Assembly (NCBI GenBank): GCA_964247055.1
Contig: OZ176054.1
Coordinates: 8,556,001-8,620,000 of the forward strand
Direction of reading: 5' to 3'
Source of the DNA: Paragordius varius
Lineage: Eukaryota; Animalia; Nematomorpha
DNA: 64,000 nt
The notes under the pieces were generated by a model. The model was not told the DNA's origin, did no database searches, and was given only the letters and a program-made list of their open reading frames with translations. Position 1 is the stretch's first letter. Each line of letters begins with the position of its first letter. Below, piece by piece: positions 1 through 14,858 of the stretch. The position numbers were made by a program, and so were the translations under genes.

Positions 1-3000
1 GTTAAACGATATTTGAGAAAATTTGAAAACAAACGTCCAACCAAAATTTGAAATTTTAGATTTTATTCTGTAGCATTTACCTTTCCCTCATTTTCAAAAA
101 TAAAAGTAGTTTAGGATTTGTAATATATCATAATATGTTAATATAATTAATTATAATTATCAAAACGATATAAGGTGATTTTTATAATGATTTAAATTAC
201 CATATCTTTGGTAAATAAGTTTTATAAAAACATCTTTATTTTTTTGGAGAATTAGTTAATATAGTTTTGTAAACAGGAAATAAAGATGTTCGGTTTATAC
301 AGCATTAACCTTATTTAAACGGTATTTTAAAAACAACTAGGTAACTTTTAAAAACATATTTATCAACTTTAATTGTTCACATATTTCTATTCATATTAAT
401 CAGGTGGCTATTAATATTAATAAATCCAATTTGATTCGATTGTATGTTTGATATTAAATAACTGGCTATGGTTACGAATGACTGCAATCATATGTGCTTA
501 GATCGGCTTTAGTTTTTGTCATTTATATAAAAATATTAGGTTGAACAGGTCAAATTTCGCTTTCTAAACATAATTCAAAAACAAAAACCGATTCTCGGAT
601 ATTAAAGGTTTATTCTGAAAATAATTACTTTTAATGTGCTCAAGACAATGGGATTAATGACGTTCTATTAAAAAATCAGATAATGTGTGGCAGTCTACAA
701 ACAAATATAAAAATTTTGAACAAAGGTAAAAATCGATATATAATTTAATTTTAATTATTTTTTATGTTGGTTGAAAAACCGCTAGTTCTTATCCTCCTTT
801 CCTTGTTCAAAAATAAATTAAAAAAATTAATGAAACAAAAACAATTTTTTTAACATGAATAACAATTATATAATTGAACGTTTTGACAACTGTTGCACTG
901 CACAAAAATAGCGTGTAAACACTGATTTTCAATAAATTTAAATGTTAATTATTTATAATTAATTTATTTTGTTGAAAAATGAGCCTATGTTTTTTAAAAT
1001 TAATCATTGAAAAATAAAATAATATCTTTTACTGTATTATATCGGCTGGGGAATATTTAAAAAAATTTTTTTATCGAAATTATTTTCTGATCTATGTCGT
1101 TTGATAAATATTTAAACATATTCACAATTTGTACCTGTTAAATTACAAACTTAAGGATGAAATTAATTAGATTTATAGTGTTAACGGGTTGGTATTCGAT
1201 ACGGTTTAAATTAAACTGTAAGGGCTTAAGTTTTATGGAAAAAATGTATGATAATTATTTGGAATCTTAACAGTATTAATCTTGGACATTGTAAAAAACA
1301 GTGGGTTAAGCACTATCGAAATCAATAAATGCAGTCAAACTTAGAAAGATTATTTTTTTACATCCCAATAATTATCTTGGGTTTTTAATGAATTAAAAAA
1401 ACGGTTCTACCCTTAAATAATAATTAACTAGATACAATCGATAATTTAAATGCATATTTTTTTGAAATTATTACATTTAATCAAACATTTTTTCCAAATC
1501 AGATTGTATCTAATTTCTAATCGACTTGAAAATAACCCTAAATCTACCAATATATTTCACGAATAACAGACAAAAGGTATAAAGCGAATAATATTTTACA
1601 AGCTTAGGGAAAATATGCCACAACATTAAAATATCTTTTCATTAGATTTCGTAATATTAGGATCATAAATAATGGATTCAAATCAACATTAAATATGATA
1701 TAATGGCAAAAATTTAGCATAAATATTTGCAAACGTAGTTTTTACTTTTAACGGCCAAATAGCTGAAAATGAGGCTTTCGATTTTACGGTTTGATCGACG
1801 TGCCTACAGCTAAAACCACGCCGAACTGGACCGCTGCCTGCTGGGGCGTGTAATAACAATATTAAACATATTGATTTTAAAACTGATATGTTTGTACTTT
1901 TTGCCATCGATACAATAAGGAATTTATGGTTAGTTATATTTTATTGCAAACTGATTATTTTAAGCCTTATAAAATACAAAAACTGAATCTATATAGTATT
2001 TTTTTACAATAAATCGTTTGAGGAAGTAGCATTGTTTTATTGAATAAATTATTCATTATTGCCGCTATGAGAAAATCATTGCTAACTATATATTTATTAA
2101 ATACTTTTAAAAGTGATATATCGATAATCATTAAGTATTTTACCACATGATCTCAACAATTTGTCGTTTCAAGCTTAATTGCGATTTTTCATAGATTGTT
2201 GTACATAATAGGGCCTCCGCCAAAAAATATAAAACTTTTTAAACATTATTTTGTCTTCAGTATAACCTTACGATAAATAATTAATAAAAATATTTATTTT
2301 CGACCTAATGAACGGAAAAATACTATAAAATAATAATTATATTTTATATTTTTAACCTCTGCTGAGAGGTTTTAGCTATTGGTATAAAAGTTAATGGACC
2401 CCCTATTTAAGTATCTTTATGATAAATGGTCAAATTTTTTTGAGTTTTATTCTGGCAAAAATTAATGATGATTGCATCATGATGACATTTATTTATTTGT
2501 AAATTAATAAGTTGGGAATTTGGATGAAAACTAATAATGAAAATAATAATTTATGTCATTTATATGCAAATATTCTAGTACTTTTGGATGAGCAACTATA
2601 TGTTGACCGTTAGTTCGTGTCCAAATGAGTGCTATATATAATATCAATCATATCTAAGTTTTACAAAAATTTTAATTTATAAACTAGGATTTCTTGACTC
2701 AAATGACACAGTGCAAAAAGATGTTCACCTTTAAGATTCAAATAATATATTTGTTTGAAAAAACTTTTTTTGTTGTGTCACCATTTGCGTAGCATGATCT
2801 ATCAGGCCCCAAAAAATTTTTAAATAAATGCTAATATTTTTAGTTTTTAACAAAAAATACACCAAATACCATTATTTTATTTTGTCTCAATGAATGAGGA
2901 TTCATACATCCACTAAGACCGAAATCTGGGGTATAAAAATATCATAATAAAATAGCTATATTTTTATAGATTTCAGTATTATCTTTTTTGGTGATTTAAG

Positions 3001-3149
3001 AAAGTTATTGACACTTTTGTGGTAAATGCTCCATATAAGAAAATAATTTGCGCACATTATGTTAAATAAACTTTTTTGGTGAAAATTAAATGCTAAAAAC
3101 AATATTTTTATAAAATTTATTTTTAGGATGTTGGTTCCGAAACTATAAT

Positions 3150-3680
3150 CCTTCTAAAATGGGCTAGTTTTTTGTATAATATACGCAAAAATGCCGATAT
3201 GCGCGATATAAATTTTATATATATTCTTAATTTTGAAATTAGAAAAAAGGAAAATTTTGATGGAGTTTTATGAACGGTGTAAAAACACTTTTATAAAAAT
3301 GTTCACTGAACATTTTTATGACCTTAAAAATATAATTTTAATGTTAGTTTGGTTTTGAATTTGGGTGATTTTCGTGAGAAATTTTTTTTATTTAACATAT
3401 TTTTAAGCGATCTAATATTATAATCAAAATTCTGAGGTGATAGAAATGCTTGTCATCAAATTATATAGAAAAGGTGTTTTTATACCGTTTCCATCATGCC
3501 TCGAAACAGTATGAAGTACCCTTTAACAAAATTTTATTTTGCTAAAAATTAAATTTTTAATCAATGTTGGCATTTTTTCAAATATATGATATTTGATGCC
3601 ATATTCTAGCACATATTAAAAAAATATATCGCAAAATCTTGGCACTTTACGTTTATTTTAAACTAGCCCATTTAAGAAGG
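3150..3680. mobile_element. MITE with 21-bp TIR CCTTCTWAAATGGGCTAGTTT
   Basis: CCTTCTAAAATGGGCTAGTTT at 3150 and AAACTAGCCCATTTAAGAAGG ending at 3680; no clear TSD. Confidence 0.55.
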
Positions 3681-6600
3681 AAGAAAAAATTTAGCTTTTC
3701 GAAGCCGCCATCAAAATTAAAATTTTATAGAATATAGTATTGCTTTTTAAATACAGTATATCATATGTTTCTATATTATTTTTCAGAATAAAGCATTTAG
3801 CATCACCAAACAATTTTATTAAACATAATGTGCGCCATTTTACGATTTTATGATATGGTCCAACGACAAAATGCACACTTATAATCTCCCAAAACCATAA
3901 GTACTATGAGAATCTTGATACATTTATCAATCAATATATATATATATATATATATTATGCTATTTATCCCCCGGTTTGGACGCACTGTCAGTTAATATGA
4001 TGGTTTAAAATATAATAATAGACGATATTACTGGGTATCCCGGACAAAGTTAAAATTATCTTGAAATTAATTGTTTGTGCCATCGAGGTTTACTTATCAT
4101 TTGTTATTTCTATCCAAAATATCCCTTTTATATCAAATATGGAAAACAACTTACAGTATTTTGCCTAAAATCCATACAATAATTGCATAGATATGTAAAA
4201 CTAGACAACAATTTTTTCTGCCACTCGAGTTTTTTGCATTTTCTGATTACTATCATTTTAACAGTTTGTCTGAAATAAAAATTTTAATTCCACCTAAGAT
4301 TTTTTTTGACTTAATTTTCTATTATTATGCGCCCTCTTTATCAAAATTTAACTAAAAAATGTTTTTCTTTAAAATTATGCAACAAATGCCCATTTGTAAT
4401 ATATCATTCGAAAGAGTAATAAAACTCTATAAAATACATAATAATATAACATCGATAGTTAATATTAGACACAGGATTTTCTTTATTAATGTATTTTTAA
4501 AACTAATGGTTGAAAATAGCTTAAACTTTGTGTAAATGGCAATGAATGCCGAAAAGATAACACAAGAAAGTTTTTTGGATTAAAAACTTATTTATTTTTT
4601 TAATGTTTTTTGTTTTTTAAGAATTACCATCATATAAATATTAATTAATATTCTTTAGAAAACTTTTATAATTTCAAATTTTATAGTCTAAGGTCAAGGT
4701 ATTCTTGATCTTTTACAACCATTATGTTAGAACTAGGTAAAATAATTTGATAATAAAAATTTTTATTAAAAAAGCAAACCAAAGGCTTCAAGGATTTTTT
4801 TTAAATTATATGATAATATAACCCCAATAAGTAAAATATATGATTAAAATTATTGTCTGATAAATTTTTTCATTTATTAAAGGGTTGAATATTTTGACCA
4901 TATAAATCCAAAAAACTTTTACATTAGACTGTTTATGACTAACTATCATTTGAAGATACAGTGTTTTGGAATGATATGTAATACATGGCTCTATATCTAA
5001 AACTCTTAATTTTAAAAATTTCGAGTTTTATGTTAAATCGGAGCCAAAAAATTTCGTTACACTCTAAAAAAAAATTCTTAGGTGTTAAACCAAATTTATT
5101 TTTAGATATATTATTTATGTAATTTAATGAAATAAATTTTTAATTTATAAGATGGGCAGTTTAAAAAGTCAAAATTTGTTGTCTAGTGTTTTGCTTAATC
5201 TTTTTGCACGCAATGTTAAGACTTTACAAGTTTAGTTGTTCTAATAAGTGGATCCGAAATCACTAAATTTGAAAAATGAAACCGGGGCCATTTTTAATTG
5301 TAATTTCGGTTCAATTTTAATGTGGCTGGATCTAGACTGGTTCGATTGTTTATAGTTAAATAATCCAGATTCCTGTTTCATTTTTGGATTCAAGGATAAC
5401 AAATTTTATTATAAAATTTACATAAATAGCCGCCGTTATTAATAGAAAACCATAAATATATATTCAATGCTTTTTTTTAAAAAAAAATATATACTCTAGT
5501 TTAATTACCAACAACATTCTCCATTACCACCGGAGAAATTTTATAGCCCAAGACTTTAATTAAATGACAATAAAAACGGCTTTAAAAAGGCTTATAATTT
5601 CAGTTTCACAAAAACGATTTCTGTTCTAATCCCTAATAAAATTTATGTAGAATTCCATGAAAAATAATTAATGAAAAACCAAATTTTTAAATGAAGCTTC
5701 TCAATATGTTTCATAAATCGATCAAATGCTAACAAATTAGCCAAATCACTATATTTCATGACTAAATTTTATATTTTAATATTCTTCTTCTAATTCAAAA
5801 CATATTTTTGTCGTTCGTATAAAATAATTTAAGCTATTCTCTTAAACTTTTTAGATCATCAAACCTAATAGGAATATTGCGTTCAAATTTTCGGGAATCA
5901 ACTATTTTAATTAATATATAAATCTTTAAAAAGGTAAATTATTTAAAAATGTATTTTCCTAGAAGTTTTTGATAATTTATTTTGGATACAGTTTTAAATT
6001 CATTTTTATCACCATTTTCTTTCCTACAATAGTGATTAAGTTTTCTAAAGTATGCATACCACATAAAATATATGTTATTTTATATATCATGAATATAGTT
6101 TTCATCATGGCACGGGTTTTTTAAGAAAATATATTGACAGATGAAGCAAATGATTTATGCATTCAACGATATATTTAGGGTTGTCTTTCAATTAATTATA
6201 CATTTTTTAACAATTGCATTCATTGGATTATGTAATAATATGTATAGCAAAGTATCTAAAATTCTTTTTTATATACATAAATACTGACTTGTGTTCCTAT
6301 CATCAATGATTCTATATAATTCTTTCTTATATGAAGACGAGAACTATTTTTTAATCCCCATTTAATAATGCTTAATAATGAATAGTTATAACTTAAGGTT
6401 TATTAATAATTTTTTATCTAAAACAACGCATGAAGCCATATTTTATTCTCCGATAGTTTTCATTTTTAAAGAAGAAATGGGAAAGTATTTATAAATCATT
6501 ATAAATTTGATTATCATTAATTAATCACGCTAATAAATATTTTAATGTAGAAAACCTATTTGGAGTGCTTTTAAAAATTCGGATACAAAAGGTACCTTAT

Positions 6601-7134
6601 TAATTGCGTATTATTCTTTATAATTTTTATGATTTAAGGTTTTATAACAATAATTTATATTTTACAAAATTTTTAATCTGTAAAAATTCTGAAAAATGTG
6701 AAAAGACAATAATTATTTATTAAATACTTTATGGTTTGGAATTAGATTTCAAAGAGTTTGTATCCAATATGTATTTGTTTATATAGTAACGAGAGCCTTT
6801 TTTTGGCTTTTCTGTATTTCATATAACTAAAATGGAATTTATTTTATATTACCCTTTTTATTTATTTGATCTTTTTAGGGTAATTTTTATTAATTTTGTC
6901 GCGCACCTCACGCCTTATAAAAAAGTAATGTTGTAATGATATAAAAATGTAAAAAGTAGGGTAAACAGCAAAGCATCAGTAATTTTGATATTTTGAAACA
7001 ACCGTTTTTAGCCATATGTTCATGTGATCCGATTTTCATTTTTATTTAAACTAATGCTAACAAGACTAATTGCAAATAAATATATAAGTCCAATTAATAT
7101 CTGTAAATTACATTAGTGTTTATTGGAGTCATCC

Positions 7135-8558
7135 TTTGCAATTTAAATTCACCCTTAAACAATTCAAATTCAACCTTGAACAATCAAATTCACCCTCGAA
7201 CAAATCAAAATCCCTCTCTAAATTATATGTTTTTTAAGATTAAAAATTACCTATATTAAACAATAAAATTTTGTTTTAAACTAAAATAATACCCAAAAAA
7301 TAATAAACTATGCCATAAAGCTATATTTTATATCAATAACACTAGTCGACAAATTTGGACATTTTTAAGCAGCACCACTCAAACTTTTTAAATTATGACT
7401 AATTTCAGTGTTTTAAAACCGAATTTAAAAAATTTTTTGATCCCGCCAATCAGAATTTTGAAATTTTATAGGTTTTTTAATTTTTCAAAAACAAGAGAAA
7501 ATCGAGAGAAAATTAAATATAACTTTATAATAAAATGTTATTATATTATAAACTTAATATCATTTAATAAAGCGTTTTAAACTCTATCTTTTGAATATAA
7601 ATATGTTATTTAAATATCAGAGAGAAAAAAATAGTACGGACTTAAATGTCAAAATTTAGTCTTTTTTTTCAAGTGAATTTTTAACACATATAAAAATTTT
7701 TTAAAAAAATACTAAAAAAGGCATTTTATGGTTTAAACCTTCGGCTTTCAGATAGGCTATATTTTTTTGTTAGTTTTCGTTCTTTTGAGTACTTATTAGA
7801 CTTTTTCTCTTGAGTTGGTTCTTATAAAAAATCCTTTATTTATACCTAGTGGATATACCTTATTTTTTTAAAAATTATTGGTTGTTTTGTATTTTGAATT
7901 TCAGATGGATGTTGTGTAGCCACTTTTAGTAGAATTTACTGTTATGGGATTGGACAATTTGTATTTACCTAATTTATATTCAATTTAATTGTAGAATTTA
8001 TCTAACTTTATTCAGTAAATTGGTTAATTTGACATGTCAATTTGCCTGGATTTTGCTTGCAAGTCTCTCTTATCGGTCTTTACGATTACTTATTGTTATC
8101 TTTGCCACATCTGGCATAATTATAGGATCGCTTGGGGGATATGCAGAGCTTGTGCAGCCGCCCGGATCCATCACACTATACATAAGCCCCATTTAGATTT
8201 TTAATAATTTGGCTCTTAGCTTGTTTAGTATCTAATTTAATGCCTAGAATTTGTTATCCATCCATGGAATATTACTTGTATCGACTTGCTCGTTTGAATA
8301 TTTAAACATATGTGCACGAGGAATGATTGTTATTTTTAAATTAAATACAAATTTAAAAATTAAATTTTGGAAAAATCCTATTGGTGGCCTCAATTTTCTT
8401 TTTTGTTTTGGCTTTTCCATGCCATTAGGTATTAGAAAATGCAAAAATAATGGGGTGGTGCAAAACCTTGTTAAGTTATATTAGTTTGTAAACACCATAA
8501 TTTGTTTTTAGGGTGAATTTGAATTGTTCATGGGGTAATTTGAACTCTAAATGGTATA
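7135..8558. mobile_element. Foldback-like 21-bp-repeat MITE split by a ~1.1-kb nested insertion
   Basis: 7135-~7339 matches the left part and ~8472-8558 (GTTATATTAGTT...GGGTGAATTTGAATTG...TAAATGGTATA) the contiguous right part of the copy at 36673-36932. Confidence 0.55.
7900..8330 (-). mobile_element. Possible degenerate non-LTR retrotransposon (Jockey/I-like) RT C-terminal remnant
   Basis: With one frameshift the minus strand reads NIPWMDNK(F)LGIKLD (cf. IPW...KYLG..LD), followed by weaker NYA and AN*HVK similarities. Locally GC-richer. Confidence 0.3.
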
Positions 8559-9080
8559 TATTATCAAAAAATTTAGAGTCCTGATAACTGGTATATATGT
8601 CGAATATGAAAAAGCTTTAACATTTTTGATACACAAATTTTGTGTGTCCTTATTATCTGAAAATAATTATTATAGCTTATGTATACCATATTTGTTCGAG
8701 TTTAAAGAAATTAATACCAGGATTTTCTGATTAAACTTTAATACAGTTGGTAACACTTTATGTGATTTGTCATTTTTTAAAATTATTTCCGTTTTATTTA
8801 TGAATTCACCAATACGGACGGCAGTTAAAAAAATATTCAGGTTCGAATGACAAGATATAAAGTCGTTTCATGAGCATATGGGTTTGCTAGGAAAAAAAGT
8901 TTGAAGTTTACAATCGTCTAAAAAACAATATGAATAATCCATATAATTTAACTAAACTATTAAAGCATATATCAGATGCTTTTAATTAAAGTCTAATTGT
9001 TGTAAAATAAACAACAGTGTAAAAAATTATTTGAAAAGGCTCCGATGCGTTTTAAATGAGAAAACTTTTACAATCTAATA

Positions 9081-10984
9081 CAGTGATACTCAAACCGCGG
9101 CCCGCGGGCCGCATGCGGCCCTAAGAGTGCTCTAAAATTGCCCTATGACCATATTAAATTATTTTTTTTTATTGATGAATTTTTAAAATATCCATAATCG
9201 AATTTTCGTTTATTTTAATACAGAAAATCATGAGGCAACGAAAAATAATAAAAAATTAAGGAATTATATGAGAAAGAAAAATTTATTATGTCCATAGCTT
9301 TCTCCCAGGAAAAAGCTCATTAGCTTCGTATGTGCTATATTTTAGGAAAAAATATGAAATCGGTTATTGATTCCCAACTAATAAAAGAATATCTAATTTC
9401 ATATTAAAGATCAAATCATAGGCAAATTGAAACTTTAACTTTCTGATTCAACATGTGCTCGACGCATTGAACATATGTCTAAATATATTTTCAACACTAA
9501 TTATTGTCTCTGTAAAACTGCAAATATTTTAGTATTGCTATTGATTCTAGCACTGATATTAGTTCAACACCTATGTGCGCTCTTCGTGAGATTTTGCAAT
9601 GGCAACATAATCAACGAGGAATATTTAAAATTTTTACCAATGAATAATACCACGAAAGGAAGTGATTTTCTTGTAATTAGCACTTTTTTCGATAATAATA
9701 ATAATATATCTATGAAAAAATTGGTTTCGATCTGCACAGATGGCTCTCTCTCTTTGATTGGAAACAAACGATTAATTCCTCTTTTGGAAAACAAATAAAA
9801 TTTGCAAAATATTTTATCCTTTCACTCCTTTATTCATCAGCAAAACTTGGTTTCGTGTGTAAAAGATGAATCATTCGATTCAGTAATTAAAACGATTGTG
9901 GATAAAGACCACATCCGTGGCAGAGAATTCAACAGCCCTAAATTTAAAAACCTTTTAAAGATATCCACAGTGATTTTGATGATATTCTTTTGTACACTGC
10001 TGGAAGATGGTTAAGCTTTAGCAAAGTATTAAATATATTTTTTGTTTTAAGACATGAAGTTCTATAATTTATAAAAGATAACAGAAAGTTTGACGAGGAA
10101 ATTAATAGTCGAATAGTGGGTTTTACTAACCTACCTTTGCGAATTACATATAAACTTAGTATTTTTAACACAAGTTTTCAAGGGAGCAGAATAATAACCC
10201 AATTTGTTAATCAAATATGCTTTTGAAGAAAAATTAATATATAAACAAAATATTTTATAAAACACTCCTATATTTTCCAACACTTAAAAACGATTTATTA
10301 GGGGAATTTACCGGGGAGATTAATTTAATAAGGTGAAATTCGAATTTCATGAATTAAGAAATATAAAAATTGTTAAAACTCGTTAAAAATCCATGGCATC
10401 CAGTATTAAGCAACCTGACCATTTCGGTTTTGATCAGCCGCATATCATCGAAAAATTCGTAGATTTTAAAAATGATTCCAATTTGGAGGCTATATTCAAG
10501 CAGAATCGTAGAGAAGAAAGATATGTAGAGTTTTGGCAAGATGTGCCAAATAATTATGAAAATTTAAAAATTGCTCAAGTTATCCTAACTGTTTTCCCCT
10601 CAACTTATCCGTGTGAGACGGCATATTCAAAAATGAAGTATGTCAAAAATACATACAATAGCTTAACGATGATCAAATAGACGACGTATTGAGATTGGCC
10701 GTCATGAGGCGAAAAGTCAAAAATTATTGGTTAATATCAAAATAAATGTTGGTATCAAAAAAAATTTGTTATCAAAATATTTTATTTTTTAAACTAAATG
10801 CTGAAAACGAGTTTTTAGCTGGATTTACGTGTGATCCGCAAAAAATTCATTGTGCTGATTTAGAGTAAAGATATATGCATATGTGTCAAATAGATATGGA
10901 ATATTTGCCAATTAAAGGTTGATGGCCCTCGAAAAAAAAATTTATTTTATTTGGCCCGTCAAATTTTTTTGGTGAGTACCACTG
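9081..10984 (+). mobile_element. hAT DNA transposon (Buster/Charlie/SPIN-like), internally deleted, degenerate transposase
   Basis: TIRs CAGTGATACTCA...TGAGTACCACTG; perfect 8-bp TSD ATCTAATA at 9073-9080 and 10985-10992; subterminal GGCCCGCGGGCCGCATGCGGCCC palindrome. Frameshifted transposase motifs ICTDGS, FHSFIHQQNL, GRWLS and the C-terminal dimerisation motif FPSTYPCETAYSKMK. Confidence 0.9.
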
Positions 10985-13900
10985 ATCTAATACATTAAAC
11001 AATTTTCAATTTAATCTTAACGAAACGGGGAAAGAACACTTTAACAGGGCCTAACTCATATTTAATTTAAATTTTCGAGTTTCCTGGGGCAAATTATTGA
11101 CAAAAATAGCTAAATTAAGAAACTTGTATAATTTCTTAGTTCCCAAAATTTTTTTTCCACAAATTTAATTTTACCTATCAAACTATTATCTATATCTTTT
11201 TTATCCGAATTAATAATTAGCACATGACTTACATTTATCTCAAATTTAATTTATATGCAATTTAGACTCAATATAAACTCAAATTTTTCATTTTTATTGT
11301 CTCGTTTTGTCCAATTCTGAGGCTCATTTTCCGATTATAGAATATTTTTTGGTAACATCCCTATATATACTGATAACAATCAACTTTATTATTTTATACT
11401 GTTAAACTACGCTTAAAAAGTGTTTGCTAAAATATTTTAGGATTTTTTTTCTGTATAAGAGTTTTTTACTGAATAATAAAATATTTTACTACTTCAAATT
11501 AACTAGGTATATCATGTAAAAGATTAAGGAAATTTCAGTTTAAAACTGGGTAATTTTAAGCCATTTTTTTCCCTTTTCTGCAATATTTGATGTACAGAAT
11601 AGGTTTATCTTGTAGTAAGTAAAAAATAATTCCCATGATAATGAGTGCTATTTCTTGATATTTTTTATGTCTCGTTCAAATAATTCATAGAGAGAGACAC
11701 ACATTACAAAAACTATATAATTTTTTTCTTTAAAGTAAACTTTTTTTCCAGATAGTTAAAAAAAGTAATTACGACTTGGGAGCATAAAAAAAGTGTGTTG
11801 AATTTATTAATGACTTGACTTCTTTTGGTAGATATTATTATAGCACTTTTTTTAACAAAAATACGCGTGATGAATTTCAATTTTAAATTCTTCTACAAAG
11901 TACTATACTAATGTTATTGAAAGAGAGGTCTCTCCAGGTTTTTGCACCACTAAATTGCTTATAGATAATAATTTATTAACTCATATTTTTACTTCTTCGA
12001 AAACTGTTGAGATAATCATTTTTGAAAAGTGAATCCAATCACTTTTTGAAGCATAATAATGGCTAGAATTTAGTGATTTTAACTAGTTATCCCAAAAATG
12101 ATATAAAGATGGTGAAAAGATTGGTAACATGGTTCTATCTAATCTGTGATATGTAATGTCTATAGAATATAAGATATCCTTAAATCATTTTAGTCTAAAA
12201 TGGCCTTTTTTAGTATTTTTTTTTTCTCAAAATTCATATAAAAAAATTGTTTTTATTCATCTTGAAAAATCTTCCGTGTTCCTTTATATTTTTAATTTTG
12301 TATTGATAATTAACTATGCCACGCCTCGTTATGACTTGGTCAAAACAATTGATTAGCTGATCAGAAAAAGATTATTTAAATGTTTTATAATAATTAGAAA
12401 ATATATAACTACCATTTTCTATGTGGTTTTTCATATCTTATTAATTTACCTATTATTTATATTGTTTATTGATATATTATTTTTACAAAACAAGCATCTA
12501 CTTTTATTTTATAAATATTGAATCTTTTATCACAAGTCCTATGTTTAAAAAAATAAAAAATGTAAAATTTGATTATTTACTTATAATTTTATCCTCCTGT
12601 AAAAAAATTTATTATATGTTAAAAGTTTTGGGAACCTAATTTTTCATTTCAAAAAGTTTAGGTTTGAACCCTGGAAAAATAACTTAACTATAGGCATAAA
12701 TAAATCAAAAATGGCAAATTTAGATTGGCATGGGACAATAAAGGTCCCGAAATTGCTTTGAGGTTTCGAGGGCGTTTTCATCGGGTGCCCCGTTCTTATA
12801 ATTTTTGATCTTAATTACGATTCGCTTTAAATTTAATAATAAATACGGTAATACATTTTTGGACTGTCCCAAAATAAACAAAAATGTGTTGAAACCTTAA
12901 AATTTTGTCGGGAAAAATTTGGATTATGAGCTATTAAATAACCGATAATTGTCCATTATAAGCTTAATTAAAACTTGACAATTAAAAAAATCTCAAAAAT
13001 ATTTTGGTACACAATAATTAAAAACTGTCAAAATTAGAAGCAAAAATCTGCTACTTTTTTTATCTAAAATACAACTTTTTAAAACAAAAAATCAATTATT
13101 GTTAACAAATGGCAAAACATAATATTATTGATAAATGGGGAGGTATGTATCGTATTCACAATTTCCTTTAAAATTAAATTAAATATGAGGAGAGTGTTTA
13201 TTTGCCAAAGAAATTCTGTCTTTTACAGATAAATGCAACAAACATAAATAAATTTTTAAATTAAAGATTCAACCAACCATGCATTTAAACTTAAAAACCA
13301 TAATTCACTAACTCAATAAGTTTTAATTAATTTTACGGATCAAAAGTTTTTTTTTGTTAAAAAAAATTAATCCATCCCTCACACAAAGTTTTAAACACTA
13401 AATAAATTCAATTTAGGTATTTTTGAAGAAGATTTACAATTAGGAGGATCTAATACAGAGGTGTTCAACACAAATGACTTCTTATCAAAATATAGGGGTT
13501 TATTAGATTTAAAAATGATACTATAATAATAAAATGACAAAATAAAATATAACTACCATTTATATCACACTTATTTTTGCTAGTTTGTTTCCAATGGTAA
13601 GGAATTGTTCAGAAAATTCATTAAAGAAAACACCAATTTTTTATTGTGATTTGTGACATATTTTTTTGGAATGTTTAATTTTTTTTTAAATAATGTTGGT
13701 TGGCGAATTCAATAGAAAATTTTTAACTATCCCTCTCCATACCACCCCGATTGATGGCTTTTGATTTTTTTAAGCCGGAATAAATGATTACTTTTGAAAT
13801 TAAATATCGATAGGTTTTATTTTAACGAAATATTTATTGAAAATTTTTCTAGAGAATCAATAAAAAAAGTAATAGATTTTAGTTGTTTTTATTATTTTTG

Positions 13901-14210
13901 GCTCATTATAAAAGGACTTTGTATTACAAACTACACTTTAAACAATTATAACTCAAAAACTAATCAAATTAAATATCGAAAAATGGCACGCTGATCTGCA
14001 AAAGATAATTAGTTGAGAGGTGTTATTTATTTTAATAACTCAATTGGAAAGGGATAGGGCGGAGTATTAAGGAGTTTATTTTTATCCTAAATATCATATT
14101 TTTGGGGTGCTATATGCCATTTCATAACATGCTCAGAATAATTATTAGTTTAATAATTTTTGGAGGAAAGGACAGTTTTATGCAGTTGACGTTTTGAGAA
14201 TGTCGGTATA

Positions 14211-14500
14211 TATACCATTTACACTCTAAATGCACCCTTGAACAATTCAAATTCAACCTAAAATAAATTATGTGCTTTTTAAGATTAAATATTACTTATA
14301 TTTTTTTTATATTTATAATAAATGAAATTCTGTTTAATACTAAAAAGATAATAAACTATGCCATAAACATATATTTCATATTAATGATTAAAACACATAA
14401 TTTATTTTTAGGGTGAATTTGAATCGTTCGAGAATGATGAATGTTCAAGAGTAAATTTGAATTGTTCGAGGATGAATCTAAATTGTTCAAGGGTGAATGA
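14211..14500. mobile_element. Foldback-like 21-bp-repeat MITE, right terminus missing
   Basis: TATACCATTTAC left end, shared core, degenerate GGGTGAATTTGAAT units at the right. Confidence 0.65.
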
Positions 14501-14819
14501 AAAACAAAATTAATTGTTGCTTTGTTAGTTTAATTAAATTTAATCCCTACCTGCATATTTTGTGTCTTCAGCCTATTTTAATGTACTTTTTTCCCTTTAA
14601 TGCTTAAATGCTACATCACAGAGGTTTGCGTGTTTAAAAATCTATATAGTTTTGATTTTGATTATAATAAAATATCATTTCATGTTAATCAATTTATATT
14701 TAATTAACTCCTATGCACGTTAATGCAAAAGTAGCATTCCTTAAATACGATTTTTCCAAATTAGGGAAATTTAAAAGAGTCTAATTAAAATTAGCTTCAT
14801 ACATTGGTAAAGCAAAATA

Positions 14820-14858
<39 letters not shown>

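Noticed and set aside
1780-1850. GPVRRGF as a Hedgehog N-terminus (CGPGRGF)
   Set aside because: The essential Cys and the downstream LTPL.YKQF.PN..E motif are absent.
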